From Octopus bimaculoides (Eukaryota), in assembly GCF_001194135.2 (NCBI RefSeq), contig NC_068986.1, forward strand, positions 95,568,695 through 95,610,708: 42,014 nt of DNA. The letters run 5' to 3'. Made by a program: the position numbers and the translations under genes. Below are positions 11,614 to 23,451 of the stretch, in pieces. The notes beneath the pieces are model-generated. The model did no database searches and was not told the origin of the DNA. It saw only the letters and a program-made list of their open reading frames with translations. The first letter of the stretch is position 1; every line of letters begins with the position of its first letter.

Positions 11614-13369
11614 GTAAGATCCTTGAACTGAAGTGAAATAATGTATGAACTAATTCACTGCTGTTGTTGTTGGCAACGGTGTCGTCATCATCATCATCAT
11701 CTAACTACCAGTCAATCGCAAATCTAGCATACATATGATCAAAGGCAATCCAGTCAAAAACATCCTACCTTTTGTTTTTAGTAATAGGTCTTCAGTTATA
11801 TGTCCTTCCACTTTTTAAGACAATAAAGTGTGATTTCAGGGAGATTTGGTGGCTATTTCTAACTTGTCAGTCAAACATACAGTGGCTTTCTTGTTGACTA
11901 ATGGATTAATATATTATTGTTAACCTCAGGCTAACACTGATCTAGGTGTTCCAGCCATAGCCATCTAGTCTATCTAGAAATTTATTTAATATGCCCTTCA
12001 CTTTTTAGCATGTTAGAATGTGATCTGAGGGATACATAGCTACATTAAACTGACTCTGTACTGCTAAGTGATCCCTCACAGTTGAGTGACCTCTCATAAA
12101 GTATCAAGTGTTCTCTATACTAGTAACTGCTCCATCAACTTGAATGATTCACCAACTACATGTGCATAGATACCTTGTCAAAATGACCATAATTTGGTGA
12201 ACTGATACAGGTCTATACCTAACATACCCTTAAGACCCGCTGGTGTGTGTGTGTGTGAGTTTGTTTATGCAAAAGTCCAAGGACTGTATTTATGCATCCC
12301 TACAACACAAGTGAACCTCTCTAATGGGCTTCAAATATCTATGTTGATGAAGTGAGTATTGGCTGCTATTTCGGTTAGATTGAGTGAATATGTAGAGGCT
12401 CTCTTGTTGGCTCAAAGTCTTGAAGATCCTTTGTGTGGATAGCTGAAAAATTAGGAACAAGTTTAGAGATCCAGAGAGATGGAGTAATTAAATAAAAACC
12501 ATAGAAATAGCAACCAAGTTGAGATAATTTGGTCATAGCTAAACTATGGAAAAAAGTGGTGATGATAGCTGCTCTATCTTGATTATAAATGTTTTGATCA
12601 ATATTTACATAAAATTAAACAACAACAATAAATTAATCAACAATTTATTTGATCAAATACTCTTAGATATAAATTGTCAATTGAATGACATGAAGGTCAT
12701 GGCTGGAATGGCTTTCATCATATATTTGCTCGAGCAGAATTAACTTGGGTTTAAACAGCAACATCCACATTTTGTAATACATACACTTGTCAATATGTAC
12801 CTTCTCTATCCACTTCTCCTTTTACCCTGACCTCTCACTAACCTACACACCCCATTCTAAACCCTTTATCCAATCATTGTATCCCTTTGGGTCTTCTATA
12901 TTGCTCCTACCTCCTATTTTCCTACCATCTATTCAACTGGCCTTCAAGATTAATTTTGTTACTTAAGGCTGCTGGGGATCTACAAAAATAGTACTGAAGC
13001 TCTGTGAACCAAGTTCAGAATTCCAAGATGTAAAAGTGTAAAATATATATTTACTCATGATAAGGTTGGCAGAGATAGATTTATAAAATTTCTAAGTGAT
13101 TTTCAAATCTACAAGTACAGTCTAAACTTTTAGATGCTTTTTCGATAAATAATTTACTCTTAAAAGCATCTATTGGAACATAGTATTAACAAAGCAGCAT
13201 TAATTATCTCATTAACTATTGTTACCATATTTCTGCTGAAATACACTAATTTTGTGACAATTTTTTTAAAATAATGAATTTAGTAAAATAACTTTGTCAT
13301 TATTAAGCTGGTGTTTGGAACAAATTAATGTGAAATTTTGATGGAAGATTTCGATTTAAATCAATTTAA

Positions 13370-13844
13370 TCCTTTAGCATTTAAACTCGCCATGTCCAGA
13401 GCAAATACTTTACCTGTTTAATGCCCAAGCTGGCCAAATCCAGCCTCTCACATTTATCCTAAAATATCACTCTGCCCCTGGACTGGCTCTTGTGCTGGTG
13501 GCACATAAAATACACCATTTTGAGCATGGCCGTTGCCAGTATCGCCTGACTGGCCTTCGTGCCGATGACACGTAAAAGCACCTACTACACTCTCGGAGTG
13601 GTTGGCGTTAGGAAGGGCATCCAGCTGTAGAAACTCTTCCAAATCAGATTGGAGCCTGGTGTAGCCTTCGGGTTCCACCAGTCCTCAGTTAAATCGTCCA
13701 ACCCATGCTAGCATGGAAAGCGGACGTTAAACGATGATGATGACATCATCAAAATCTTGAAACTACAAGAAAATGTATGATTAATTCAAAACAATATGAA
13801 TAAATAAGCATTAGATTTGAGAGAGTAATCTGAATGCTAAAGGG
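13370..13844. mobile_element. piggyBac-like MITE (TTAA target) containing a nested family 'A' element
   Basis: ttaa|tcctttagcatt ... aatgctaaaggg|ttaa; the 12-bp TIRs have 1 mismatch; TTAA at 13366-13369 and 13845-13848. Confidence 0.7.
13465..13745 (+). mobile_element. Family 'A' RTE-type tail
   Basis: Same ggaagggcatccagctgtagaaac core and (GAT)n tail. Confidence 0.85.
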
Positions 13845-14178
13845 TTAAAGCAGAACCAGAGTCACAGCAAATGTTTTTGGTTGATAACTGCTTTTTATTT
13901 AGTTATGTTTTCAGTTACATATATCTTTTAATTTGAGAGATGAAACTGTCAAAACAAGTTTGTAGTTACTAGAATCATCTTATTGAGTGGACTCACTTCT
14001 CAAAAGCCCGGGTTTGTTGAAAAGATGAGATGGTTAAGACTAGAATACCACTGATCATAGCTCTGTGCAGTCAAGTTTGACTGGGGCTAAACAACAAATA
14101 CCTTCAGAACTTCAATTTCAGTATTGTTGTTGTTATTATTGACGGTTTCACTTTGTAATTTTGACCTCTTTGTTTCAG

Positions 14179-14247
14179 GAATGGCCAGAAAGAACTGACC
14201 CCAAGAAGTTCGTCTATGAAGATATTGCCATTGCTACATTTCTTTTG
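14179..14247 (+). CDS. TRMT44: TRMT44 exon 4
   Basis: tttcag|EWPERTDPKKFVYEDIAIATFLL|gtaagc; matches the TRM44 WPE.TDP.KFVYED.AIA motif; phase 0-0. Confidence 0.96.
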
Positions 14248-14593
14248 GTAAGCTATATTGTAGACATATAATTCTTAAGGGTTTACAAATATGTATGCAT
14301 ATATATTAGAGAGAGAGAGAGCTAATAGTGAGGGATTACCAATCAGAGCAAAATACTTCATAAGCTCTCTGTTGGCACACCTGGCTAACAATATTAATTA
14401 AATTAGTGAAGAACTCCAGGTAATCTTGTGGCAAGATCCAAGATTATGGTTTATCACAATTATATATTGTAAATCTGTAGATGGGCTCCAGACAAACTGG
14501 TTTTTACACAGAGTGATATATAAGAAATAAGTTTAAAATAATCGTCATTACATGTATATTTTTCCTTTTTTGACTATATATATATATCTATGT

Positions 14594-14970
14594 GGAGGCG
14601 CAATGGCCCAGTGGTTAGGGCAGCGAACACGCGGTCATAGGATCGCGGTTTCAATTCCCAGACTGGGTGTTGTGAGTGTTTATTGAGCGAAAACACCTAA
14701 AGCTCCACGAGGCTCCGGCAGGGAATGGTGGCGAACCCTGCTGTACTCTTCCACCACAACTTTCTCTCACTCTTACTTCCTGTTTCTGTTGTGCCTGTAA
14801 TTCAAAGGGTCAGCCTTGTCACACTGTGTCACGCTGAATCTCCCCGAGAACTACATTAAGGGTGCACGTGTCTGTGGAGTGCTCAGCCACTTGCACGTTA
14901 ATTTCACGAGCAGGCTGTTCCGTTAATCGGATCAACTGGAACCCTCGACGTCGTAAGCGACGGAGTGCCA
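14594..14970 (+). mobile_element. SINE family 'C', full length
   Basis: A box tggcccagtgg, B box ggtttcaattcc, body shared with the 2021 copy. Confidence 0.88.
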
Positions 14971-15267
14971 CTTCATATATATCTATACCCATGCCAGCAT
15001 GGAAGGCAAACAAACAATGATGATGATGATGATATATATAGTGATTTGAAAGTATCCCAAGTAGAGGTAGTGTAATTATTCAGCTTTAAATGGGTGGATA
15101 GAAGGTGAGAGATAGAGCTGTGTAGTTGGGAAGTTCACCAGTCAACTATTTGGTTCCACATTTAGTCTCACTACATGGCACTTTAGGCAAGTGTCTTCTA
15201 CTTTAGCCTCAGCTTTGTGAGTGAATTTGCTTGACAGAAACTAAAAGCCCATCATATATACATATAT

Positions 15268-15451
15268 AGGCGCAGGAGTGGCTGTGTAGTAGGTAGCTTG
15301 CTTACCAACCACATGGTTCTGGGTTCATTCCCACTGCGTGGCACTTTGGGCAATTGTCTCCTACTATAGCCTCGGGCCAACCAAAGCCTTGTGAGTGGAT
15401 TTGGTAGACGGAAACTGAAAGAAGCTTGTCGTATATATGTATATATATCTT

Positions 15452-15482
<31 letters not shown>

Positions 15483-15631
15483 GTTTGTGTGTCTGTGTTT
15501 GTCCCCCCAGCATCACTTGACAACCAATGGTGGTGTATTTACGTCCCCGTAACTTAGCGGTTCGGCAAAAAAAAACCAATAGAATAAGTACTAGGCTTCC
15601 AAAGAATAAGTCCTGGGGTCGATTTGTTCAA
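15268..15631 (+). mobile_element. SINE family 'B', near full length (a partial 5' copy lies at about 15085-15260)
   Basis: ggcgcaggagtggctgtg...gggttcattcc...ttgggcaa.tgtc...; runs into the gap. Confidence 0.88.
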
Positions 15632-16104
15632 NNNNNNNNNNNNNNNNNNNNNNNNNNNNNNNNNNNNNNNNNNNNNNNNNNNNNNNNNNNNNNNNNNNNN
15701 NNNNNNNNNNNNNNNNNNNNNNNNNNNNNNNNNNNNNNNNNNNNNNNNNNNNNNNNNNNNNNNNNNNNNNNNNNNNNNNNNNNNNNNNNNNNNNNNNNNN
15801 NNNNNNNNNNNNNNNNNNNNNNNNNNNNNNNNNNNNNNNNNNNNNNNNNNNNNNNNNNNNNNNNNNNNNNNNNNNNNNNNNNNNNNNNNNNNNNNNNNNN
15901 NNNNNNNNNNNNNNNNNNNNNNNNNNNNNNNNNNNNNNNNNNNNNNNNNNNNNNNNNNNNNNNNNNNNNNNNNNNNNNNNNNNNNNNNNNNNNNNNNNNN
16001 NNNNNNNNNNNNNNNNNNNNNNNNNNNNNNNNNNNNNNNNNNNNNNNNNNNNNNNNNNNNNNNNNNNNNNNNNNNNNNNNNNNNNNNNNNNNNNNNNNNN
16101 NNNN

Positions 16105-16311
16105 CGCTCGAAAATCCTACGGGAGCCAGTCAGGCGGTACTGGCAACGGCCACGCTCAAAATGGTGCATCTCATGTGCCACCCGCACAAGAACCAGTCCA
16201 GGGGCACTGGCAACGATCTTACTTGGCTTGCCGGGTCTTCTCACGCACAGCACATTTCCAAAGGTCTCGGTCAGTAGTCATCGCCTCGGTGAGGCCCAAT
16301 GTACGAAGGTC
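16105..16311 (-). mobile_element. RTE LINE 3' fragment: ORF C-terminus plus start of the family 'A' 3' UTR
   Basis: Minus frame DLRTLGLTEAMTTDRDLWKCAVREKTRQAK* is followed directly by family A sequence. Confidence 0.75.
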
Positions 16312-16954
16312 TTGCCTCGGTTGGGGTTTATGTTTCCTTGTGATGATGTGCGATGGCTGCAAATGAGCATTGCCATCATACAAACTGCCATTTCTAATTT
16401 CATGTGGAAACATGTCTCACCACGGGGAACTATCACGTTAATAATGTAAACAGCCAATAAGAACTGAGGTGGAAAATCTACCTCAGTTGTAGCCGACCCA
16501 TGTGAGCTCGGAAGAAGTAAACGATGACAATGATGATGATGATGATATGTCTGTTGTGGTGGGGATGGAGATAAGAAAATGTCACCATTATTCAAGCAGT
16601 GTCATTCATTTCCAATATTGCTTTTCTTGTAAACAGGTCATGGTTGGCAACAGGAAGTGAGCCGTTCATTTGTGACAGAGGGTGGAATGTTCGTATACAC
16701 AAATACCACTTTTAGAATGAAATTTAAGTAGGGAGTATAGCCTGGACAGCAGAGATGGGTTATAGATAGGGATTAAGAAATTTGTATCATGGTGAAGAGT
16801 TGTATATGTGGTTTCATGCTGACGTTGTTGTTGTAGTTGTTCGTTATGTATTGTTGGTATTGCCACTATTGTTGCTCAGGTATTGACACTGAAGCAGAAG
16901 GAATATTAAATGGGATGTTTGTTTGGTTTTTATATACATATATATATATATATA

Positions 16955-17184
16955 TCATCATCATCGTCATTTAACGTCCGCTTTCCATGCTAGCATGGGT
17001 TGTATGATTTGACTGAGGACTGGTGAAACCAGAAGGCGACACCAGGCTCCAATCTGATTTGGCAGAGTTTCTACAGCTGGATGCCCTTCCTAACGCCAAC
17101 CACTCCGAGAGTGTAGTGGGTGCTTTTACGTGACACTGGCACGAAGGCCAGTCAGGCAGTACTGGCAGTCAGGCAGTACTGGCA
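16955..17184 (-). mobile_element. Family 'A' RTE-type tail
   Basis: catcatcatcgtcatttaacgtccgctttccatgctagc...ggatgcccttcctaacgccaac. Confidence 0.85.
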
Positions 17185-18057
17185 NNNNNNNNNNNNNNNN
17201 NNNNNNNNNNNNNNNNNNNNNNNNNNNNNNNNNNNNNNNNNNNNNNNNNNNNNNNNNNNNNNNNNNNNNNNNNNNNNNNNNNNNNNNNNNNNNNNNNNNN
17301 NNNNNNNNNNNNNNNNNNNNNNNNNNNNNNNNNNNNNNNNNNNNNNNNNNNNNNNNNNNNNNNNNNNNNNNNNNNNNNNNNNNNNNNNNNNNNNNNNNNN
17401 NNNNNNNNNNNNNNNNNNNNNNNNNNNNNNNNNNNNNNNNNNNNNNNNNNNNNNNNNNNNNNNNNNNNNNNNNNNNNNNNNNNNNNNNNNNNNNNNNNNN
17501 NNNNNNNNNNNNNNNNNNNNNNNNNNNNNNNNNNNNNNNNNNNNNNNNNNNNNNNNNNNNNNNNNNNNNNNNNNNNNNNNNNNNNNNNNNNNNNNNNNNN
17601 NNNNNNNNNNNNNNNNNNNNNNNNNNNNNNNNNNNNNNNNNNNNNNNNNNNNNNNNNNNNNNNNNNNNNNNNNNNNNNNNNNNNNNNNNNNNNNNNNNNN
17701 NNNNNNNNNNNNNNNNNNNNNNNNNNNNNNNNNNNNNNNNNTATAGTAATGTTTGTTGCCACTTTTGTGTGGCTGTTCCATGCAGAACAATGTTACTACA
17801 TTTTAACTCCAGGAAAATAATTTTTTCCAGTTGGTAAACAACACACAACCTGTGCCTGATATATTGCAATATATCAGACATAAATTGTCGTTAACCAGCT
17901 AGAACAGATGTTTTCTTGGGGTTAAAATGTAGTAGAATTGTTCTGCATGGAACAGCCACACAAAAGTGGCAACAAACATTACTGTTTAGTATCATTATTG
18001 CTTGTGTCTCTTTCAGAGATTTTAAAACCAGCTACTTTAGCTTGTTTTATATATAAG

Positions 18058-18405
18058 TGCAGGAGTGGCTGTGTGGTAAGTAGCTTGCTTACCAACCACA
18101 TGGCTCCAAGTTCAGTCCCACTGCATGACAACTTGGGCAAGTGTCTTCTACTATAGCCTTGTAAGTGGATTTGGTAGACGGAAACTGAAAGAAGCTTGTC
18201 ATGCGTGTGTGTGTGTGTGTGTTTGTGTGTCTGTAATTTTTCCCCCCCAACATCGCTTGACAACCAATGCTGGTGTGTTTTACATCCCCATATCTTGGCA
18301 GTTTGGCAAAAGAAACTGATAGAATAAGTCCTGGGGTCGATTTGCTTGACTAAAGGTGGTGCTCCAGCATGGCCGCAGTCAAATGACTGTAACAAATAAA
18401 AGAAT
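18058..18405 (+). mobile_element. SINE family 'B' ending about 30 nt before the TRMT44 exon 5 acceptor
   Basis: Full head-to-tail match to the 15268 copy. Confidence 0.88.
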
Positions 18406-18434
18406 ATATAAAATATCCAATTACTTCTCTTCAG

Positions 18435-18539
18435 CTTCTCTGGGAAAAAGAACGTCAAGAGACAAAGTGTGAGAAGCAGACTTTTGTTGATCTTGGTTGT
18501 GGTAATGGACTTCTTGTTCATCTGCTCACTTCAGAAGGG
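18435..18539 (+). CDS. TRMT44: TRMT44 exon 5 (SAM-binding motif I)
   Basis: cttcag|LLWEKERQETKCEKQTFVDLGCGNGLLVHLLTSEG|gtaagt; phase 0-0. Confidence 0.97.
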
Positions 18540-19009
18540 GTAAGTATCAACGGTTCACTTTTTCAGGAGACAATTTAGCAATTCTGTCAATTGTATCCTT
18601 GGTCTATATATTTGTAACCTTGCACAAAAACTTGAATTCTTTCACTGCCAAACATTTCAAACATGGCAACTAAGACATTGAAGGCTCCCCAAATTTTAGC
18701 CAACAATAAAAAGACAAGTTAACACAGATATTTATATTTTAAAGAATTCCCAAGAAGAAACAATCTGCAAAATAAATATATCTCACTCTATGACATACAT
18801 AAATAGTATAAACAAAAATTCTGAGAAAATCATAACAAAATCTCCCTCTTTTGTTTGTATTACCAGCAATAAGGAAATTTTATACGTGTATCAATTATAA
18901 GAAAAAGGACAACCTGGCACAAATACGTGACCAAAACAAATGCTTCCTTACCTGAAACTCTTATCTAGGAGTAGGAGATAATGAAAGTAGTTTACCTCTG
19001 CTTTGCAAG

Positions 19010-19420
19010 TAAATGAGGTGGTAGAATCATTAGCATGCCAGACAAAATACTTAGCAACATTTCTTCTGGCTCTTTACATTCTGAATTCAGATACCGCTGA
19101 GGTTGACTTTGCCAGTCATTCTTCCATGGTCAGGAAAATAAGTCAGTTAAACACTGGCGACTGTGGTAATCAACTTCCCCCTCCCCTTAAAATTGTTAGC
19201 CTTGTGCCACAAATAGAAAAAATTATTATTATTAGGGTGGCAAGCTGGCAGAACTGTTAGCACACTGGGCAAAATGTTCTGAGTTCAAATTCCACTAAGT
19301 TCAACTTTACCTTTTGTCTTTTCAGGGTTAATAAAATAAGTACCAGTTGAACACTGAGGTTGATTTAATCAACTTAGCCCCTCCCCCAAACCTGCTGGCT
19401 TTGTGCCAAAATTTGAAACC
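19010..19420 (+). mobile_element. Two tandem SINE family 'D' copies followed by (ATT)n at 19421-19495
   Basis: ttctga.ttca.at.cc.ctgaggtt.actt...aaaataagt.ccagtt core present twice. Confidence 0.75.
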
Positions 19421-19827
19421 ATCATTATTATTATTATTATTATTACTATTACTATTATTATCATTATTATTATTATTATTGCTATTATCATTATAGCAAC
19501 CAAATCTCCCAAATCAGACCCCATCTATCTTAAAAACATGTTTGATAACATGATCCTGAATTCTCTGCACATAGGAAAAAGATAGGATGGTCATGGGTGG
19601 AATGCCTTTGATCACAGATCTGCTCATTCAGGTTCACTTGTTGTTAAACAATAATAAAAACATTTGTCCTTCCTTCTTATAGACAGTAGAATATTATTTA
19701 CTGGAGATTTTAGTGTTATTTCTAGCAGGATGAGTGACCCTGTAGTGGACCCTCTCATTTGTTTTCTAACACACATATACACGACTCATACACAAAGAGT
19801 TTAAATCAACATTGTCTTTCTTTTCAG

Positions 19828-19899
19828 CATTCAGGTCTCGGCATTGATATCCAAAAACGGAAGATTTGGGACATGTATGGTGATGCAACCAGACTTGAG
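19828..19899 (+). CDS. TRMT44: TRMT44 exon 6
   Basis: ttttcag|HSGLGIDIQKRKIWDMYGDATRLE|gtaagg; conserved GID...RKIWDMY. Confidence 0.97.
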
Positions 19900-19944
19900 G
19901 TAAGGACCAAACAGATTCAACACACACACACTCATATATATCCT

Positions 19945-20335
19945 CGTCGTCATCCACTTCCCATGCTGGCATGAGTTGGACGGTTTGACTGAGGACTGGC
20001 TAGCCAGGAAGCTGTACCAGGCTCCATTCTGATTTGGCAAGGTTTCTACAGCTGGATGCCCTTCCTAATGTCAATCACTCCGAGAGTGTAGTGGCTGCTT
20101 TTTACATGCCACTGACATGGGGGCCAGTCAGGCAGCACTGGCATAGACCATGCTTGAATGGTGCTTTTTATGTGCCACCAGCATAGGAGCCAGTCCGATG
20201 GCTCTGGCATCGACCACGCTCAAATGGTGCCTTTTACGTGCCACCAGCATGAGCACCAGTCAGGTGATACTGGCATTGGCCACGACAGTGATTTTACTTG
20301 ACTCAGTAGGTCTTCTCAAGCACAGCACATTGCTC
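19945..20335 (-). mobile_element. Family 'A' RTE-type element
   Basis: Starts about 45 nt after the exon 6 donor and includes a degraded ORF end. Confidence 0.8.
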
Positions 20336-20379
20336 AACAAGTATATATATATATATGTGCATATATATATATAATCATC

Positions 20380-20520
20380 ATCTAGGAAGCTTGCTTCCCA
20401 GCTACATGGTTTCGGGTTCAGTCCCACCGCGTGGCACCTTGGGCAAGTGTCTTCTGCTATAGTTCCGAGCAGACCGAAGCTTTGTGATTGAATTTGGTAG
20501 GCGGAATTTACTGCCGTGTT
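20380..20520 (+). mobile_element. SINE family 'B', 5' portion
   Basis: gggttcagtcccaccgcgtggcaccttgggcaagtgtcttct. Confidence 0.8.
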
Positions 20521-20595
20521 TGTATATGTCTGTGTATGTGCTTGTGCCTCTCTCCCAGAGAGTGAGAGAAGGATCATCATCATGATATATATATA

Positions 20596-20757
20596 TTGAG
20601 TTGTCCGGAAAGTTTGTGCCGATTTTTAAAGGAAAGAAAAAGATCAATAAATACTTGCCATTACATTTTTAATCAACCAAATATGAACCATTTTGTTGCA
20701 CAATGCGTCTCCATCTTTCCTTTAACTTGAAAATACCCTCTTCCCAGAACTGAGGTG
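20596..20757 (-). mobile_element. Mariner 3' end with TIR, runs into gap
   Basis: TA|ttgagttgtccggaaagtttgtgccgattt TIR. Minus frame PQFWEEGIFKLKERWRRIVQQNGSYLVD* is a mariner transposase C-terminus. Confidence 0.8.
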
Positions 20758-21289
20758 NNNNNNNNNNNNNNNNNNNNNNNNNNNNNNNNNNNNNNNNNNN
20801 NNNNNNNNNNNNNNNNNNNNNNNNNNNNNNNNNNNNNNNNNNNNNNNNNNNNNNNNNNNNNNNNNNNNNNNNNNNNNNNNNNNNNNNNNNNNNNNNNNNN
20901 NNNNNNNNNNNNNNNNNNNNNNNNNNNNNNNNNNNNNNNNNNNNNNNNNNNNNNNNNNNNNNNNNNNNNNNNNNNNNNNNNNNNNNNNNNNNNNNNNNNN
21001 NNNNNNNNNNNNNNNNNNNNNNNNNNNNNNNNNNNNNNNNNNNNNNNNNNNNNNNNNNNNNNNNNNNNNNNNNNNNNNNNNNNNNNNNNNNNNNNNNNNN
21101 NNNNNNNNNNNNNNNNNNNNNNNNNNNNNNNNNNNNNNNNNNNNNNNNNNNNNNNNNNNNNNNNNNNNNNNNNNNNNNNNNNNNNNNNNNNNNNNNNNNN
21201 NNNNNNNNNNNNNNNNNNNNTATATATATATATATGTGTGTGTGTGTATGTACGTATGTGTGTATATATGTATCTTCTTTCTTTTAGCT

Positions 21290-21670
21290 TCTTGATTTAT
21301 TTCTTAGACCATGGCCATGCTGGTGCACTGGCTTGTAGGGTTTAGCTGAACAAATCGATCCCAGTACTTATTTTTTCAAGTCTGGCACTTATTTTCTGTT
21401 TCTTTTATCAGACTGCTAAGTTAGAGGGACATAAAAAAAACCAATACTATTTACCAAGTGGTAGCAGAGACAAACATAAAAACATACACACATATTCATG
21501 CATATACACACACACACATACACTACAACAGGCTTCCATACAGTTTCTATCTACCAAATTCACTCATGCATATTGGTGGGCCTGTGGCTATAGTTGAAGA
21601 CACTTACCCAAGGTGCTGCACAGTAGGACTGAACCTGAAACTATGTGGTTGCAAAAGCTAATTTTTTATA
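21290..21670 (-). mobile_element. SINE family 'B' (diverged); another minus copy lies at about 22950-23230
   Basis: Reverse complement of the B head and tail motifs. Confidence 0.7.
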
Positions 21671-22820
21671 CCACACAGACACATATGTACATATATCAAG
21701 GTCCAGCCTCTAGCTTATTGTATTTCATGATGCAGAATCTTGCCACATCACCAAGTTTGCTCTGTTCCTTATGGTGGCCTCTGCCAAAGCAGGAAGCAGA
21801 TTAGAGTAGATTCTCCACATCACATGAAGTGATAGGGCATTTGTTATTTAGCCCCTGGTCTATCCTACCTGAACAAACCTATGACAAAAGTTATTCCAAC
21901 TAGTAACCATTCCATCTTTTCTAGAGGTATCTATCTAACTCTATGTTGTCTATCATGTCTTTTCCTTATTTAAAACAGCAGGGTGTGATTTGAGGGAGAC
22001 ATGGCTGTTGTTTGTGGAGGCCCTTTTGTTAGCAACTTGTATGGCTCAGTTGGGTAACATACTTTAAAAGATGTTGGGGAACTGAGGTAAATTTATTAGT
22101 AATGTAATGTCTTGTTTGAGAGGTTAACATACAAAGATTACTGCAGGAAGAGGTGATGCCTAGAATACAGCTAGAAAGACTACGGTAAATAGAATAGTTT
22201 GACTAAGGTGACACAACTCAGTAGTTGTAACAGGAAGTGTTGGTGCCTATTATACAGCTAAGTAGGCTGTGCCTAGTTGCTAAATATAAATGTCTTTGAT
22301 AAGGACTATACCCTCTCTCCTCTCACCAGCATTATATGTGCATATTAACCATTATGATGTTGTCAAATCATAAACCATGAAAGTGGGTTGTCCTTTAGGA
22401 TATGGTAATATTTGAACTGTTTAAATATGTAACAGTATTTTGAGAACTCACTACAATAAACTCCTTATATATATTGTTATTATTTATGTAATATTATAGT
22501 TTCATGATAGACAAAATGGTTCCATGCTACTGTGATTTATAAAACCAGGACAAAATTCATGGATGAAAGCACACAGATCAAACCCAGAAGGAAAAGAACA
22601 AAGCTCAATTAGTTCATTGGTGTTATATCCCTTTCATTGGTCCCTTTTAGCCAGTACAGAAGAAGTGGGCATGAGGAAGGGCATCCAGCCATAGTAACTA
22701 ACCATGTCGAACAGATATTGGAGTTCAACATTCTGAGTTCAACTGAACATAAAAGCCAACATTAATATATATATTCACACATCCTCACATACCCATATAT
22801 ACTTTTTTATTTATTTTCAG

Positions 22821-22927
22821 TTAAGGGCTTTGACACCATCAGCTGACTCCTTATTTCCAGAATATGATTGGATAATTGGTAACCATAGTGATGAGTTGAC
22901 TCCATGGATACCAGTTATAGCAGCCAG
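22821..22927 (+). CDS. TRMT44: TRMT44 exon 7
   Basis: ttttcag|LRALTPSADSLFPEYDWIIGNHSDELTPWIPVIAA(R)|gtaaac; diagnostic GNHSDELTPW. Confidence 0.98.
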
Positions 22928-23451
22928 GTAAACTAGATCCTTTTTGCAAAATCTGCTGCTTTATTTTGGTTTCTTTTGCTGAACTGCTAAGTTACACAGA
23001 CATAAACATACCAACACCAGTTGTCAAGTGAGGGTGAAACAAACACAGATAAACACACACACACACACACATGATGGACTTCCACACAGTTTCCATCTAC
23101 CAAATTTACTCACAAGGCAGTGGTTGCCCCAAAGCTTCAGTACAAGATGCTTGCCTAAAATTTCACATTTTGGGACTGAACCCAAAAGCACATAGTTGCA
23201 AAGCAAGCTTCTTAACCACACAGCCAAGCCTGAGAAGAGAATTTCTCCATTTGATAATGTGATGATTTATCGCTCAAATAATTGAATGAAACAAATGGTT
23301 CCTTGATGATAACAGTGTTCAATGATACATGAGAACCTCACTAGATACTTTGCATTACTAGTTTTGTCCTTCTAGATTTTGATTTTAAATCTCATTATGA
23401 TTGTTGTTAATTTTAATATAATATTATTATTATTATTACTATTATTATTAT

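Noticed and set aside
14594-14670. tRNA-like sequence with A and B boxes (also at 2021, 15268 and 37570-37645)
   Set aside because: It continues directly into shared SINE bodies and no convincing acceptor stem is visible, so these are SINE heads rather than tRNA genes.
17148-17184. 17-bp tandem duplication cagtcaggcagtactgg
   Set aside because: It sits directly at a gap edge, so an assembly artefact cannot be excluded.
4-21345. Long ORFs containing X runs or VCVCVC/HTHT/ERER/MDGW repeats
   Set aside because: These are artefacts of N gaps and microsatellites with no coding signal.
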